Below are positions 11,454 to 21,656 of a stretch of DNA of 64,000 nucleotides, piece after piece. A program made the position numbers and the translations under genes. The notes beneath the pieces are model-generated. The model ran no database searches and was not told the origin of the DNA. It saw only the letters and a list, made by a program, of their open reading frames with translations. This stretch comes from Ignavibacteriota bacterium. GTDB lineage: Bacteria > Bacteroidota > Ignavibacteria > UBA10030. Position 1 is the stretch's first letter. The number at the start of each line of letters is the position of its first letter. The DNA is taken from positions 128,001 through 192,000 of the forward strand of contig CAVSHO010000001.1 in NCBI GenBank assembly GCA_963727825.1, given 5' to 3'.

Positions 11454-11597
11454 GTCCAGATATTTCTTTTTGTTAAAGTGATAAAAAGATACTAAGAACT
11501 AGTTTGATGCGCAATTTTGGGTTGAAAAATGTATTGGTCCTGCCACTTATGTTACTGTTTTGTTGTGCGCAAATACTCTTTAAGGTTCAGCATTGTC

Positions 11598-12409
11598 TTA
11601 ACTTAAAAAACCCTCCACTCTGTGAACTTTGCCAAGTTTCGTTCCGAGGAAGCGTTCTCCAATTTCCGTAAACTTGTGCGGTACATCGCTGACAAAAAAT
11701 TGCAGGTTCGGTTTTTGGGTACTGATGTTGCTTCAATTTCAAGTCCATAAGCATATTCTTGACAACTAATGCAGTTGATTCTCCAGAATCAATCAAAGTA
11801 ACGCTCTGGTGAAGCACCTTGTTGATGACGTTTCGTAAAATAGGATAATGTGTACAACCAAGAACTAAGTGTATCAATCTTCTCGAGTGTCAAAGGGAAA
11901 AGATATTCTTTGGCGATCAACTCAGTTGCTTTGTGATCAATCCATCCTTCTTCGGCAAGCGGAACGAAAAGAGGGCATGGCTGTCCAAATACTTTGATGT
12001 CAGGATCAAGCTGACGAATGGCGTTTGTGTAAGCATTACTGAAAATGGTTCCAACTGTTCCGGCAATACCAATGCGCTTATTTTTTGTTGCCCGTACCGC
12101 AGCCTCTGCTCCCGGAATGATTACACCGATAACCGGCACTTTCGCCCGTTTTTGCACAACATCAAGAGCGACGGCAGATACTGTATTGCAAGCGATGACG
12201 ATGAGTTTGACATCATGTTGAAGCAGCACGTCTGTGTCTTGCAGGGCATATTCACGTACTACCTGTTGTGATTTTGGCCCATATGGTACACGCGCCGTAT
12301 CGCCAAAATAGATAATATTTTCATGCGGTAAATGGTGCATCAATGCGCGTACTACAGTCATTCCGCCAATACCGGAATCAAAAACGCCAATGGGCTGTGC
12401 GTTATTCAT
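11598..12409 (-). CDS. murI: Glutamate racemase, frameshifted (about 11870 and about 11730)
   Basis: FDSGIGG, PYGPKS, IACNT and, in another frame, LGCTHYP. Confidence 0.9.
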
Positions 12410-12791
12410 AATAACTCGCGAATTATTTTTTTTGCAATATATCTCTATTCGGATATATTCTGAATCGCTGCGAGAATTTCTCGCTTTGCCGCTTCTCGTT
12501 ATACTATATTATCTAACTTTTTTTTAATGGGCATTTAAAAACAGATAATGGCAACACTATTAATATAATCATTTTTAATGTTCAGTGCGAAATACTATAA
12601 GTTCTCAAATCATTATCATCACTGCCGTTATGGATTTTTTCGGGAAGAAGAAATACGTCAGATAACCTTGTTGGATAAAAAGCTGTATGGCTCATCCACT
12701 TACCACAGCAGTTGCAAACAAGCTAAGGGTTTGGTAGATTATCGAAGCATTCCTTTCGGGTTTCAATAATGCTTCCATTGAAGAGGTTATA

Positions 12792-14867
12792 ATGACAAAG
12801 AGTCGGATTGAAACGATACTAAAAGACAGCAATTACCAACTTTTCCTTTTTTCAGTTAAAGATATAAAAGCGTTAGAAGAGCGAATAGTTGAAAAGAACA
12901 AAAAGCTTTATGTCAATTGTATTATCCGAGAAAAAGAAATTCAGTTAAAACCTGAAGAGATCGTTCGCCAACTTTATGCAATGAAGTTGATGAATATCTA
13001 TAATTACCCCAAAAATAGAATTCGCTTTGAACATGCAGTGCAATTTGGCAGAGAAACCAAGTCTTCCGATATTGTTGTATTCGATAAAGACAGGCCAACA
13101 GTTGAATATATTATCGTTGAAGTAAAGAAACCGAGGCTGAAAGATGGAAAAGAGCAATTGAGAAGCTACTGCAACGCAACCGGTGCGCCGATAGGTGTGT
13201 GGACAAACGGCGGACAAATATCACACTACAATAGAAAAGATCCAAACTTTTTTGAAGACATCACCGATATTCCCAACTCCGATCAGACTCTTGAAGACAT
13301 ATTAAAAGAGCGTTTCACTTGGCGTGATCTTATAATTAAGGACAAAATCCCCAACGAAGGGAAATCTTTAAAAACTATTATCACCGAGATGGAAGATGAG
13401 GTTCTTGCCAATGCAGGAGTCGATGTCTTTGAAGAAGTTTTCAAATTAATATTCACAAAATTATATGATGAGCAAAAAAGCCAGAAAGATAGAGACGTCG
13501 TCAATTATTTTTTAAAGAAGAAAAATCTTCCAATGGTAGCAGAAAAGAAAGCAACCTATGGAAATCAATATGAAGGGTCGACGTTCGATGAAGTTAAAAA
13601 GGTGGTTAGTGATGTTGATGATACTTCGTTCCGGATTTTGGAATTTAGAAACACAGGTCAATCGGAGGGTGATCTGAAGAAAAAGATTCAAAAGCTATTT
13701 GATGAAGCAAAGAATAAATGGCCCGGTGTTTTTCCCGATGAGAGTAAAATTGATCTTTCACCTTCCCATCTTTCGGTTTGCATCTCCAGCTTGCAAGATG
13801 TAAAGCTCTTCAATTCCAATTTGCAAGTTATTGATGAAGCATTTGAATACCTCGTTAGCAAATCATCCAAAGGCGAAAAAGGTCAATATTTTACTCCACG
13901 CCATGTTATCGATATGTGCGTTAAAATGCTCAACCCCCAAAAGGGTGAGTATATGATTGATTCGGCTGCAGGATCATGCGGCTTTACCGTGCACACTATT
14001 TTCCACCTGACGGGACATCTTTTTGAGAACACAGAAATATCGCAGGAAGAAAAAGAAGATGTATTAAAAGTTTTCGGTATTGATTTCGACGAAAAGGTTG
14101 TGCGCGTAGCACGAACATTAAACCTCATCGCTGGAGACGGCGAAACAAACGTCCTGCATCTTAATACACTTGATTATGATCGCTGGAATGAAACGGTGAA
14201 TAATGCAGAATGGCGCGATACCTACGGAAGCGGTTTCAAGCGTTTGGAATCTTTAAAGAAAGATCCAAATGCTTTTAAGGAATTTCGTTTTGATGTTCTT
14301 ATGGCAAACCCGCCTTTTGCCGGAGATATTAAAGAATCCCGCATCATTCATAAATATGAGCTTGGATATAACGATAAAAACAAACCCAAACAGAAAGTAG
14401 GACGCGATATTCTCTTTATCGAGCGTAACCTCGACTTCATCAAACCCGGCGGGCGACTGGCGATTGTATTACCGCAAGGAAGATATAATAATACCTCCGA
14501 CAAAGATATTAGAGAATTCATAGCCGATAAAGCCCGCATACTGGCAGTTGTGGGACTGCAGGTTAATACGTTTAAACCGCACACTGGAACAAAAACAAGT
14601 GTGTTATTCTTGCAGAAATGGGATGATAAGCTTTGCCTAAAGAAAGAGGACTATCCTATTTTCTTCGCCGTATCGGAAAAATCGGGCAAGGATAATTCTG
14701 GTGAATATGTGTATGTAAAGAATGGCGATGGCAAGCCGAAGTTAGATAAGTACGGTCACTTTGTTGTTGATCACGACTTGCACAATCACAGTGGCGAATT
14801 GCCTGATGGTGTTGCCGAAGCATTTATTGAGTGGGCAAAGAAAGAAAAACTGAGTTTTTGGAAATAA
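12792..14867 (+). CDS. Fused restriction endonuclease (HSDR_N-like PD-ExK) / N6-adenine DNA methyltransferase
   Basis: N-terminal PEEIVRQ..SDIVVF..IVEVKK; GQYFTPR, DSAAGSCGF (motif I) and NPPF (motif IV). Confidence 0.9.
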   Translation: MTKSRIETILKDSNYQLFLFSVKDIKALEERIVEKNKKLYVNCIIREKEIQLKPEEIVRQLYAMKLMNIYNYPKNRIRFEHAVQFGRETKSSDIVVFDKDRPTVEYIIVEVKKPRLKDGKEQLRSYCNATGAPIGVWTNGGQISHYNRKDPNFFEDITDIPNSDQTLEDILKERFTWRDLIIKDKIPNEGKSLKTIITEMEDEVLANAGVDVFEEVFKLIFTKLYDEQKSQKDRDVVNYFLKKKNLPMVAEKKATYGNQYEGSTFDEVKKVVSDVDDTSFRILEFRNTGQSEGDLKKKIQKLFDEAKNKWPGVFPDESKIDLSPSHLSVCISSLQDVKLFNSNLQVIDEAFEYLVSKSSKGEKGQYFTPRHVIDMCVKMLNPQKGEYMIDSAAGSCGFTVHTIFHLTGHLFENTEISQEEKEDVLKVFGIDFDEKVVRVARTLNLIAGDGETNVLHLNTLDYDRWNETVNNAEWRDTYGSGFKRLESLKKDPNAFKEFRFDVLMANPPFAGDIKESRIIHKYELGYNDKNKPKQKVGRDILFIERNLDFIKPGGRLAIVLPQGRYNNTSDKDIREFIADKARILAVVGLQVNTFKPHTGTKTSVLFLQKWDDKLCLKKEDYPIFFAVSEKSGKDNSGEYVYVKNGDGKPKLDKYGHFVVDHDLHNHSGELPDGVAEAFIEWAKKEKLSFWK
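14832..14864 (+). repeat. 33-bp direct repeat, copy 1 (3' end of the R-M gene)
   Basis: TGGGCAAAGAAAGAAAAACTGAGTTTTTGGAAA, 29/33 identical to 15892-15924. Confidence 0.85.
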
Positions 14868-14879
14868 GGATATTTTGAA

Positions 14880-15890
14880 ATGAAATTAACAAAGCGATTT
14901 GATAAACAATTTTCTGAAGTCGTAAACATGATCCATCAAGCCCGGTATAATGCCATCAAAAGCGTGAATGCCGAGCTGGTAAAATTGTATTGGAACATTG
15001 GCGAATATATCAGCAAAAAAATTGCAGATGCTGAATGGGGCGATGCTGTTGTGGATCAGCTTGCCGATTATATTCAAAACAGCCATCCTGAATTTAAAGG
15101 TTTTACGCGCCGAGGGCTGTATCGGATGCGACAATTTTATGAGGTGTACCGGGATAATAAATTTGTGTCAGCGCTGCTGACACAAATTAGCTGGACAAAT
15201 CACATGCTGATCCTTTCTAAAACCAAATCAAAAGAAGAGCGTAAATTTTATTTAATGCTTTCATTTAAAGAAAAGTATAGCTCGCGTGAATTAGAACGCC
15301 AAATTGACAGCGGTTATTATGAACGGGTAATGCTTACAAAGAAAAAAGTGTCACCACCGGTGACACAAAGTAAAAAAGATATTACCACGGTGTTTAAAGA
15401 CACCTATGTCCTGGATTTTTTAAACCTGCCTGAACTTCACAGCGAAAAAGATTTGCAGAAAAGTATTGTTGCAAATCTAAGAGATTTTATACTTGAGTTC
15501 GGAAAAGATTTTACTTTCATAGGACAAGAATATCGAATTCAGGTGGGTAATAATGATTATTTTATTGATCTGCTTTTCTTTCATCGCGGTATTAGATGCC
15601 TTGTCATGGTAGAGCTTAAAATCACAGATTTCAAGCCGGAGTATCTGGGGAAAATGAATTTCTATCTTGAAGCGCTGGATAGAGACGTTAGAAAAGAAGG
15701 TGAAAATCCAAGTGTCGGCATTATATTATGTAAGTCGAAAGATGATGAGGTAGTGGAGTACGCCCTAAGCCGTCATCTTTCACCTACACTCGTAGCCGAA
15801 TATAAAACAAAATTAATACCCAAGAAAATATTACAGAAGAAACTGCATGAACTGTTTCTTTTGCAAGGTAAGAAAAGCGATGAAAACTAA
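14880..15890 (+). CDS. YhcG/DUF1016 PDDEXK nuclease-domain protein
   Basis: YWNIG, WG, SWT, KDTYVLDFL, IDLLFFH, VELK, GKMNFYL and GIILC pattern typical of DUF1016. Confidence 0.92.
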   Translation: MKLTKRFDKQFSEVVNMIHQARYNAIKSVNAELVKLYWNIGEYISKKIADAEWGDAVVDQLADYIQNSHPEFKGFTRRGLYRMRQFYEVYRDNKFVSALLTQISWTNHMLILSKTKSKEERKFYLMLSFKEKYSSRELERQIDSGYYERVMLTKKKVSPPVTQSKKDITTVFKDTYVLDFLNLPELHSEKDLQKSIVANLRDFILEFGKDFTFIGQEYRIQVGNNDYFIDLLFFHRGIRCLVMVELKITDFKPEYLGKMNFYLEALDRDVRKEGENPSVGIILCKSKDDEVVEYALSRHLSPTLVAEYKTKLIPKKILQKKLHELFLLQGKKSDEN

Positions 15891-15891
15891 T

Positions 15892-15924
15892 TGGGTAGAG
15901 AAAGATAAATTGAGTTTTTGGAAA
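15892..15924 (+). repeat. 33-bp direct repeat, copy 2
   Basis: TGGGTAGAGAAAGATAAATTGAGTTTTTGGAAA immediately after the DUF1016 stop. Confidence 0.85.
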
Positions 15925-15930
15925 AAAGAA

Positions 15931-17372
15931 ATGCAAACCTCCGTTGTAAATTAGCTAAAGACTTAAACTTTGAATTTCGGTTCGATGCCGAGTATTACAG
16001 GGCTGAAATCCTAAAGAATATCAGATTGCTAGATAAAAAAGAAAACGCTGTACTAAGCTGATCTTGCATATTTTGTAATAGGGCCTTTCGGTTCTACCGT
16101 AACAGTAGATCAGTATGTGCCAGTCTCAAATTATAGATATGTAAGAAATAGGGATATAAATGATTTTCAAATCAAGCGATAATGAACAAGCTTTTATACC
16201 TGAGCAAGTTTACAGGGCACTACCTCAATTCCACATTAAAGAAAATGACTTGTTAATTACAGTTGTTGGTATCTTTGGGTAAAGTGGCTATCGCTACACA
16301 AAAAAATGATTCATCAATATTCAGCTGTAAAAGCACGATCATCCGAATTAAAAGGATCGATCCGCTTTATCTACTTGTCTATTTAAATTCAAACGTAGGA
16401 CAGTTATTTGCTTTGCGTGGTGTAAGGGGTGCCATTCAACAAGGATTGAATCTGTCAGATTTGAAGGGAATCAAAGTCATTTATTCCGTCGGAAGATTTC
16501 CAAAAGACTATCCGAGCAAATGTTTCTAAGGCGTTTGTTATTAAACCGCGGAGGCAGAAAATCTTGAAGAATATAGCTCAAGCCGAGCAAATACTTCTTT
16601 CCGAATCTTGGTCTTTTATACTGGAACCCAAAACATCGTCTTTCATTTATCAAGAATTTCTCCGACGCGCAGACCAGCAAGCGCATCGATGCCGAATATT
16701 TCCAGCCGATGTATGAGGAAGTGGTCAAATCGATCAAAGCATCAAAAAACCATTCCAAGTTGGGCGACATTGTTTCAATTAAAAAGTGCATTGAGCCGGG
16801 GAGCGAAGCATATCAAGATAGCGGTATTCCATTTTTAAGAGTTAGCAATATTTCTAAGTTCGGAATTAATAATGACAATCAGCAATACGTTTCCGAGTTA
16901 TTATACGAAAGTCTCAAAACGTACCAGCCAAAGAAAGGCGAAATTCTCTTATCAAAGGATGCTACGCCGGGAATTGCATATTACTTAAAAGATGCGCCGG
17001 GAAAAACGATTCCATCCGGCGGAATACTAAGGGTAACAGTAAAAGATACAAACTATGTTTATCGTGAATATCTTCACTTTAGTCTTGAATTCAACTATTG
17101 TTCAAAAACAAATCGAACGCGATGCGGGCGGATCAATAATCAATCACTGGCTTGTTGATCAAGTGAAAGATACTTTAATCCCAATTCTTCCCATATCAGT
17201 GCAAAAGAAGATTGCGGAAAAAGTTGATCAATCATTTTCTGATCGTAAGCAATCAAAGCAACTTCTTGACATCGCCAAGCGAGGTGTAGAAATTGCCATC
17301 GAGAAAAGCGAGGCAGAAGCAGAAAAGTGGATGAAGGCAGAAGAGAAAAAGATTGTAGAAGGAAAAGCCTAA
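15931..17372 (+). pseudogene. Restriction specificity (S) subunit with two TRDs, multiply frameshifted
   Basis: RFDAEYY and RIDAEYFQP repeats, GPFGS, PFLRVSNI, C-terminal LIPILP..QKKIAE..AKRGVEIAIE; many frame changes (true decay or read errors). Confidence 0.8.
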
Positions 17373-17581
17373 TTGTCCAGTCACACTTAAATTCCACTCT
17401 CACATGAAGTATTATTGCAAATGGCACTTTGTGAAAATATTTTATCTGGGGCTTTATGAATATTTGTTTTTCAGATTTTCTTTAAAAAACATGGTATTTG
17501 TCTTCTGAATTTCTCTCAAAAAATCAGTAAGTTATACACACTGAAAATTATTCTAGAGTTTTATATGAAAGGACTGGCGCT

Positions 17582-19138
17582 ATGGCGCACGAACCTTTTA
17601 AGAATGAACCGCTAACCGATTTTTCCAAACCGGCAAATCAGAAAGCGATGGAAACAGCATTAGCCAAAGTAAAGGCGATGCTTGGAAAAGAATATCATCT
17701 TGTTATCGGTAGTGAAGAAATCTGCACTGACGACAAATTGAAATCTATAAATCCATCTCGGCCAAGCGAAGTGGTTGGAGTGTTCTCGAAAGCGAATCCT
17801 GATCTTGCAAATAAAGCGATCGAGACTGCCACTGGAAAGTTTGAGGAATGGAAATGGACTGATCCGAAAAAGCGTGCCGATTACCTCTTCAAAGCCGCAA
17901 AGTTGATGCGCCAGCGGAAGCATGAATTCAGCGCGGTAATGATTTACGAAGTCGGCAAGACGTGGCCTGAAGCCGATGCTGATACTGCGGAAGCAATCGA
18001 CTTCCTCGAGTTTTATGCGCGAGAGATGCTGCGCTATTCCGGTAAGCAGCCAATTACAAAGATTCCTGGTGAAAAAAGTGAAATGTGGTACATTCCGCTG
18101 GGAGTGGGTGTTATATTGCCGCCATGGAATTTTGCGCTCGCAATTCTTACAGGTATGACATCAGCCGCTATCGTTACCGGCAATACCGTAGTACTAAAGA
18201 CATCCAGCGATTCGCCGCTTACAGGTTGGATGTTTTTCAACTTGATGCGTGAGGTTGGATTACCCGCTGGTGTGATCAACTTTATGACTGGTTCCGGCGC
18301 TTCTATCGGTGACGTGCTTGTTGCGCATCCGAAAACGCGTTTCATTTCGTTCACAGGATCGAAGGAAGTCGGTATTCATATCAATGAACTTGCGGCAAAG
18401 GTTCAACCCGGACAAAAATGGCTCAAGCGCGTCATTGCAGAGATGGGCGGGAAAGATTCTATCATTATTGACAATCAAACTGATCTCAATGCGGCAGCAC
18501 AAGCATCTCTTGTTTCGGCATTTGGTTTTCAGGGGCAAAAATGTTCAGCCGCTTCCCGCGCAATAGTAGTTGAGAAAGTTTACGATAAGTTTCTCGATAT
18601 ATTAAAAATAAAAGTTGATGAACTAAAAACCGGTCAATCGGATGATCCGGCAAATTATATGGGCCCGGTAGTCAATAAAGGTTCAGAAGAGAAAATTCTC
18701 TCGTACATCCAAAAAGGAATTCAAGAAGGCGGCCGGTTGATCTGCGGAGGCGGTAAAGCCGAAGGAGACGGATTTTTCATCAATCCGACAGTTATTGCCG
18801 ATGTCGATCCTATTGGGACGATTTCGCAGGAAGAAATATTTGGCCCAGTACTTGCAGTTATTAAAGTTAAAGATTTCAATCAAGCCCTTGAAGTGGCAAA
18901 CAATACAGAATTCGGTCTCACCGGCGGCGTCTGGACGAGGAATAGAAAAAAAATTGAAAAAGCGAAGGAGGTATTTCACGTTGGGAATTTTTATGTGAAT
19001 CGAAAAATTACCGGAGCACTTGTTGGCGTGCATCCCTTCGGCGGATTTAATATGTCCGGTACGGATTCAAAAGCTGGCGGACGTGATTACTTATTGCTGC
19101 TTATGCAAGCAAAGGCTTTATCGGAAAAGATCAGATAA
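17582..19138 (+). CDS. pruA: L-glutamate gamma-semialdehyde (P5C) dehydrogenase
   Basis: FKNEP, PPWNF, FTGS, EMGGK, FQGQKCSA, EEIFGP and PFGGFNMSGTDSKAGG motifs. Confidence 0.93.
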   Translation: MAHEPFKNEPLTDFSKPANQKAMETALAKVKAMLGKEYHLVIGSEEICTDDKLKSINPSRPSEVVGVFSKANPDLANKAIETATGKFEEWKWTDPKKRADYLFKAAKLMRQRKHEFSAVMIYEVGKTWPEADADTAEAIDFLEFYAREMLRYSGKQPITKIPGEKSEMWYIPLGVGVILPPWNFALAILTGMTSAAIVTGNTVVLKTSSDSPLTGWMFFNLMREVGLPAGVINFMTGSGASIGDVLVAHPKTRFISFTGSKEVGIHINELAAKVQPGQKWLKRVIAEMGGKDSIIIDNQTDLNAAAQASLVSAFGFQGQKCSAASRAIVVEKVYDKFLDILKIKVDELKTGQSDDPANYMGPVVNKGSEEKILSYIQKGIQEGGRLICGGGKAEGDGFFINPTVIADVDPIGTISQEEIFGPVLAVIKVKDFNQALEVANNTEFGLTGGVWTRNRKKIEKAKEVFHVGNFYVNRKITGALVGVHPFGGFNMSGTDSKAGGRDYLLLLMQAKALSEKIR

Positions 19139-19139
19139 T

Positions 19140-19216
19140 ATTTGTCGATTTTCGATCTTGTGATTTAGTGATCGAGAAGAATAAATCAGTAATTGTAAAT
19201 TGGAAATAACTAAAAA
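19140..19216. repeat. Inverted pair of 7-8-nt periodic GATT/AAT arrays with empty spacer
   Basis: GAT at 19147/54/62/70, then AAT at 19184/91/98/205 (7-nt period), between the pruA stop and the next ATG. Confidence 0.55.
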
Positions 19217-19732
19217 ATGCCTGAATACATAAAATGTGCTTACTGTAGTGAAGAAATAACGGCAGATAGCGATTTCTGTCCGCATTGTGGTACTTTGTTT
19301 GCGAAAGCCGGTACTGTGTTTTGTGATTTGCATCCGCTGGAACACGGAGCAGGTATTTGTATTATCTGCCGCAAACTTTGTTGCGAAGAATGCGGTGCTA
19401 AGGTTCACGGACGGTTTTTATGTTCAGCACATCGAAAAGTTAGAGTGGAACAAGATTGGGTAGAAGTTTTTCGTTCGACAGAAATTTCCGATGCAGAGCT
19501 GGTGAAATCAGTTTTAGAATCAGCCGGGCATAAAGTGTTGGTGCAGAATTTTAATTCTATCGGATTTATCTGGGATGGCGGAGGTGATTCGCCAATCTCG
19601 CGCAGTAACATCAATAAGCCGGCGAAAGTATTTGTGCCAATTCCTGAATATTTGGATGCGATAGAAGAAATTGTGGATTGGAAATCATCGGAAACTAATA
19701 TTGATGAAGTAGAATCTGGGCACCAGGATTGA
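19217..19732 (+). CDS. Zinc-ribbon/B-box-like plus DUF2007-like protein
   Basis: CAYC..CPHC, CDLHP..CIIC..CCEEC..CSAH; C-terminal AELVKSVLESAG..VFVP. Confidence 0.65.
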   Translation: MPEYIKCAYCSEEITADSDFCPHCGTLFAKAGTVFCDLHPLEHGAGICIICRKLCCEECGAKVHGRFLCSAHRKVRVEQDWVEVFRSTEISDAELVKSVLESAGHKVLVQNFNSIGFIWDGGGDSPISRSNINKPAKVFVPIPEYLDAIEEIVDWKSSETNIDEVESGHQD

Positions 19733-19750
19733 ACATAAGAGGAATTCACC

Positions 19751-20914
19751 ATGAAGATTCACGAATATCAAGGAAAAGAAGTCCTAAGAAAGTTTGGAGT
19801 TCCTGTTCCCAAAGGAGAAGTGGCATTCACGATTGATGATGCTGTGAAAGCGGCTGAGAAAATCGGCGGAAGCATATGGGTTGTCAAAGCGCAAATTCAA
19901 GCTGGCGGACGCGGCAAAGGCGGCGGTGTTAAAATAGCTCGAAGTTTAGAAGAAGTTCGCGAGCGCGCCGGTGAAATTCTCGGCATGCGCCTCATTACGC
20001 ATCAAACAGGACCGGAAGGGCGCATCGTCCGTCGCTTACTTGTTGAGCAAGGGATGAATATTGCAAAGGAAATGTATGTAGGCATTACGCTGGATCGTCA
20101 GCGCTCGCAAAATGTTGTCATGGTCTCGACGGAAGGCGGAGTGGAGATTGAAAAGGTCGCTGTCGAAGCGCCGGATAAAATATTGAAAGAAACAATCAAT
20201 CCTGTAATCGGATTTCAACAGTTTCAAGCTCGGACACTTTGCTTCGGCCTCGGGCTAACAGGCGATGCATTTAAAAACGGAGTCAAATTTTTATTAGCTC
20301 TCTACAAAGCATATGAAGCTACCGATGCGTCTTTGGCTGAAATTAATCCGCTCGTCATTACGCAGGAAGGGCATGTCGTTGCGCTCGATGCTAAAATCAA
20401 CTTTGATGACAACGCGCTTTTCCGCCATCCGGAATACGAGCAATTGCGCGATATTGATGAAGAAGAACCCCTTGAAGTGGAAGCCGCTGCATCCAATCTT
20501 AATTATATAAAACTCGATGGCAATGTCGGCTGTATGGTTAATGGTGCCGGGCTTGCAATGGCGACAATGGATATTATCAAGCTTGCGGGCGGAATGCCTG
20601 CGAACTTTCTTGATGTAGGCGGCGGCGCAAGCGCAGAGACGGTGGAAGCCGGATTTAAAATTATTTTGAAAGATGAGAATGTTAAAGCCATTCTTATTAA
20701 TATTTTTGGTGGTATTGTACGTTGCGATCGTGTTGCGACTGGGGTTGTAGAAGCTGCGAAAAATATCGATGTGCAAGTTCCTATCGTCGTACGTCTCGCC
20801 GGAACGAACGCCGAACTCGCAGCTGAGATTTTGAAAAGCTCTGGATTAAAATTTCTTGTCGCTGGAACGTTAAAAGAAGCAGCAGAGAAAGTAACAAGTG
20901 CTATTGCGGCGTGA
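19751..20914 (+). CDS. sucC: Succinyl-CoA ligase beta subunit
   Basis: MKIHEYQGK, GGRGKGGGV, GAGLAMATMD and NIFGGIVRCD motifs. Confidence 0.97.
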   Translation: MKIHEYQGKEVLRKFGVPVPKGEVAFTIDDAVKAAEKIGGSIWVVKAQIQAGGRGKGGGVKIARSLEEVRERAGEILGMRLITHQTGPEGRIVRRLLVEQGMNIAKEMYVGITLDRQRSQNVVMVSTEGGVEIEKVAVEAPDKILKETINPVIGFQQFQARTLCFGLGLTGDAFKNGVKFLLALYKAYEATDASLAEINPLVITQEGHVVALDAKINFDDNALFRHPEYEQLRDIDEEEPLEVEAAASNLNYIKLDGNVGCMVNGAGLAMATMDIIKLAGGMPANFLDVGGGASAETVEAGFKIILKDENVKAILINIFGGIVRCDRVATGVVEAAKNIDVQVPIVVRLAGTNAELAAEILKSSGLKFLVAGTLKEAAEKVTSAIAA

Positions 20915-20918
20915 AGAA

Positions 20919-20946
20919 AGTTATGAGTGACCAGTGATGAGTGATC
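20919..20946 (+). repeat. 7-nt periodic array (AGTGAnn)
   Basis: AGTTATG AGTGACC AGTGATG AGTGATC just after the sucC stop. Confidence 0.7.
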
Positions 20947-20962
20947 ATTGGATAAAAGTGAA

Positions 20963-21166
20963 ATGATGAAACGATCTATAAAAACGGTTGTTCATAAATA
21001 TCAATTAGGCAAAGAACCGAATAATTTTTCCTATTGGCGGAGACAGAGAGTTTCGCGTCGACTTTCCACCGCAGAGGAACTACGTAATTTATTTATCACA
21101 ATGAATTATGGAACTCGACCAAAATTTCAAAGAGTTTGTCGAATTATTAAACCGAAACAGAGTTGA
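20963..21166 (+). CDS. Small basic protein, partner of the downstream nucleotidyltransferase (TA-like pair)
   Basis: YW...RL..AEELR...FQRV pattern; overlaps the next gene. Confidence 0.55.
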   Translation: MMKRSIKTVVHKYQLGKEPNNFSYWRRQRVSRRLSTAEELRNLFITMNYGTRPKFQRVCRIIKPKQS

Positions 21167-21570
21167 ATATTTAATCGTTGGCGGTTATGCAGTTATTGCA
21201 CATGGTTACCCAAGGTCTACCGGTGATCTCGATGTATGGGTAAATCCGACACAATCGAACGCAAAAAAAGTTCTTCATGTATTAAAAGAGTTTGGCTTTG
21301 AAAAATTAAAAACAACTGAAAAAGACTTATTCACAAAAAGGAACAATTCTACAGTTTGGATATGTACCGTTAAGGATTGACATTCTTACCGGTATTGATG
21401 GAGTTGAATTTGAAGAAGCTTTTCCCGAAAAGTTTTAAAAGAAGTATTATGGTATTTTAATCAATTTTATAGGTAAAGAGGCGCTCAAAAAAAAATAAAA
21501 TTAGCGCTGGTAGGAATAGAGATTTGGCAGATTTAGAAGAACTAAAAGAAAAAAACGAAAGAAATAATTT
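21108..21570 (+). CDS. Nucleotidyltransferase-family protein, frameshifted (end approximate)
   Basis: YLIVGGYAV..HGYPRSTGDLDVW; later frames RIDILTGIDGV and GRNRDLADLEEL. Confidence 0.75.
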
Positions 21571-21577
21571 TTATCTC

Positions 21578-21656
21578 TCTACTCAATGACTCATAGACTC
21601 AACTACTTAAATACTTTTTTCCTTTTTCATTTGATACTTTTGCATTGAATACTATG
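21578..21656. repeat. 8-nt periodic array (nnnACTCA) followed by a T-rich 7-nt array ending at the gatB ATG
   Basis: TCTACTCA ATGACTCA TAGACTCA ACTACTTA; then TTTTTCA TTTGATA CTTTTGC ATTGAAT ACTATG. Confidence 0.7.

Noticed and set aside
4538-12409. Programmed frameshifting or stop-codon reassignment explaining split genes
   Set aside because: The breaks are frame changes at unrelated contexts, often several per gene, with no common slippery motif or in-frame stop pattern.
12578-12769. 63-aa ORF upstream of the R-M gene
   Set aside because: No recognisable motif or RBS; may be spurious or a decayed fragment.
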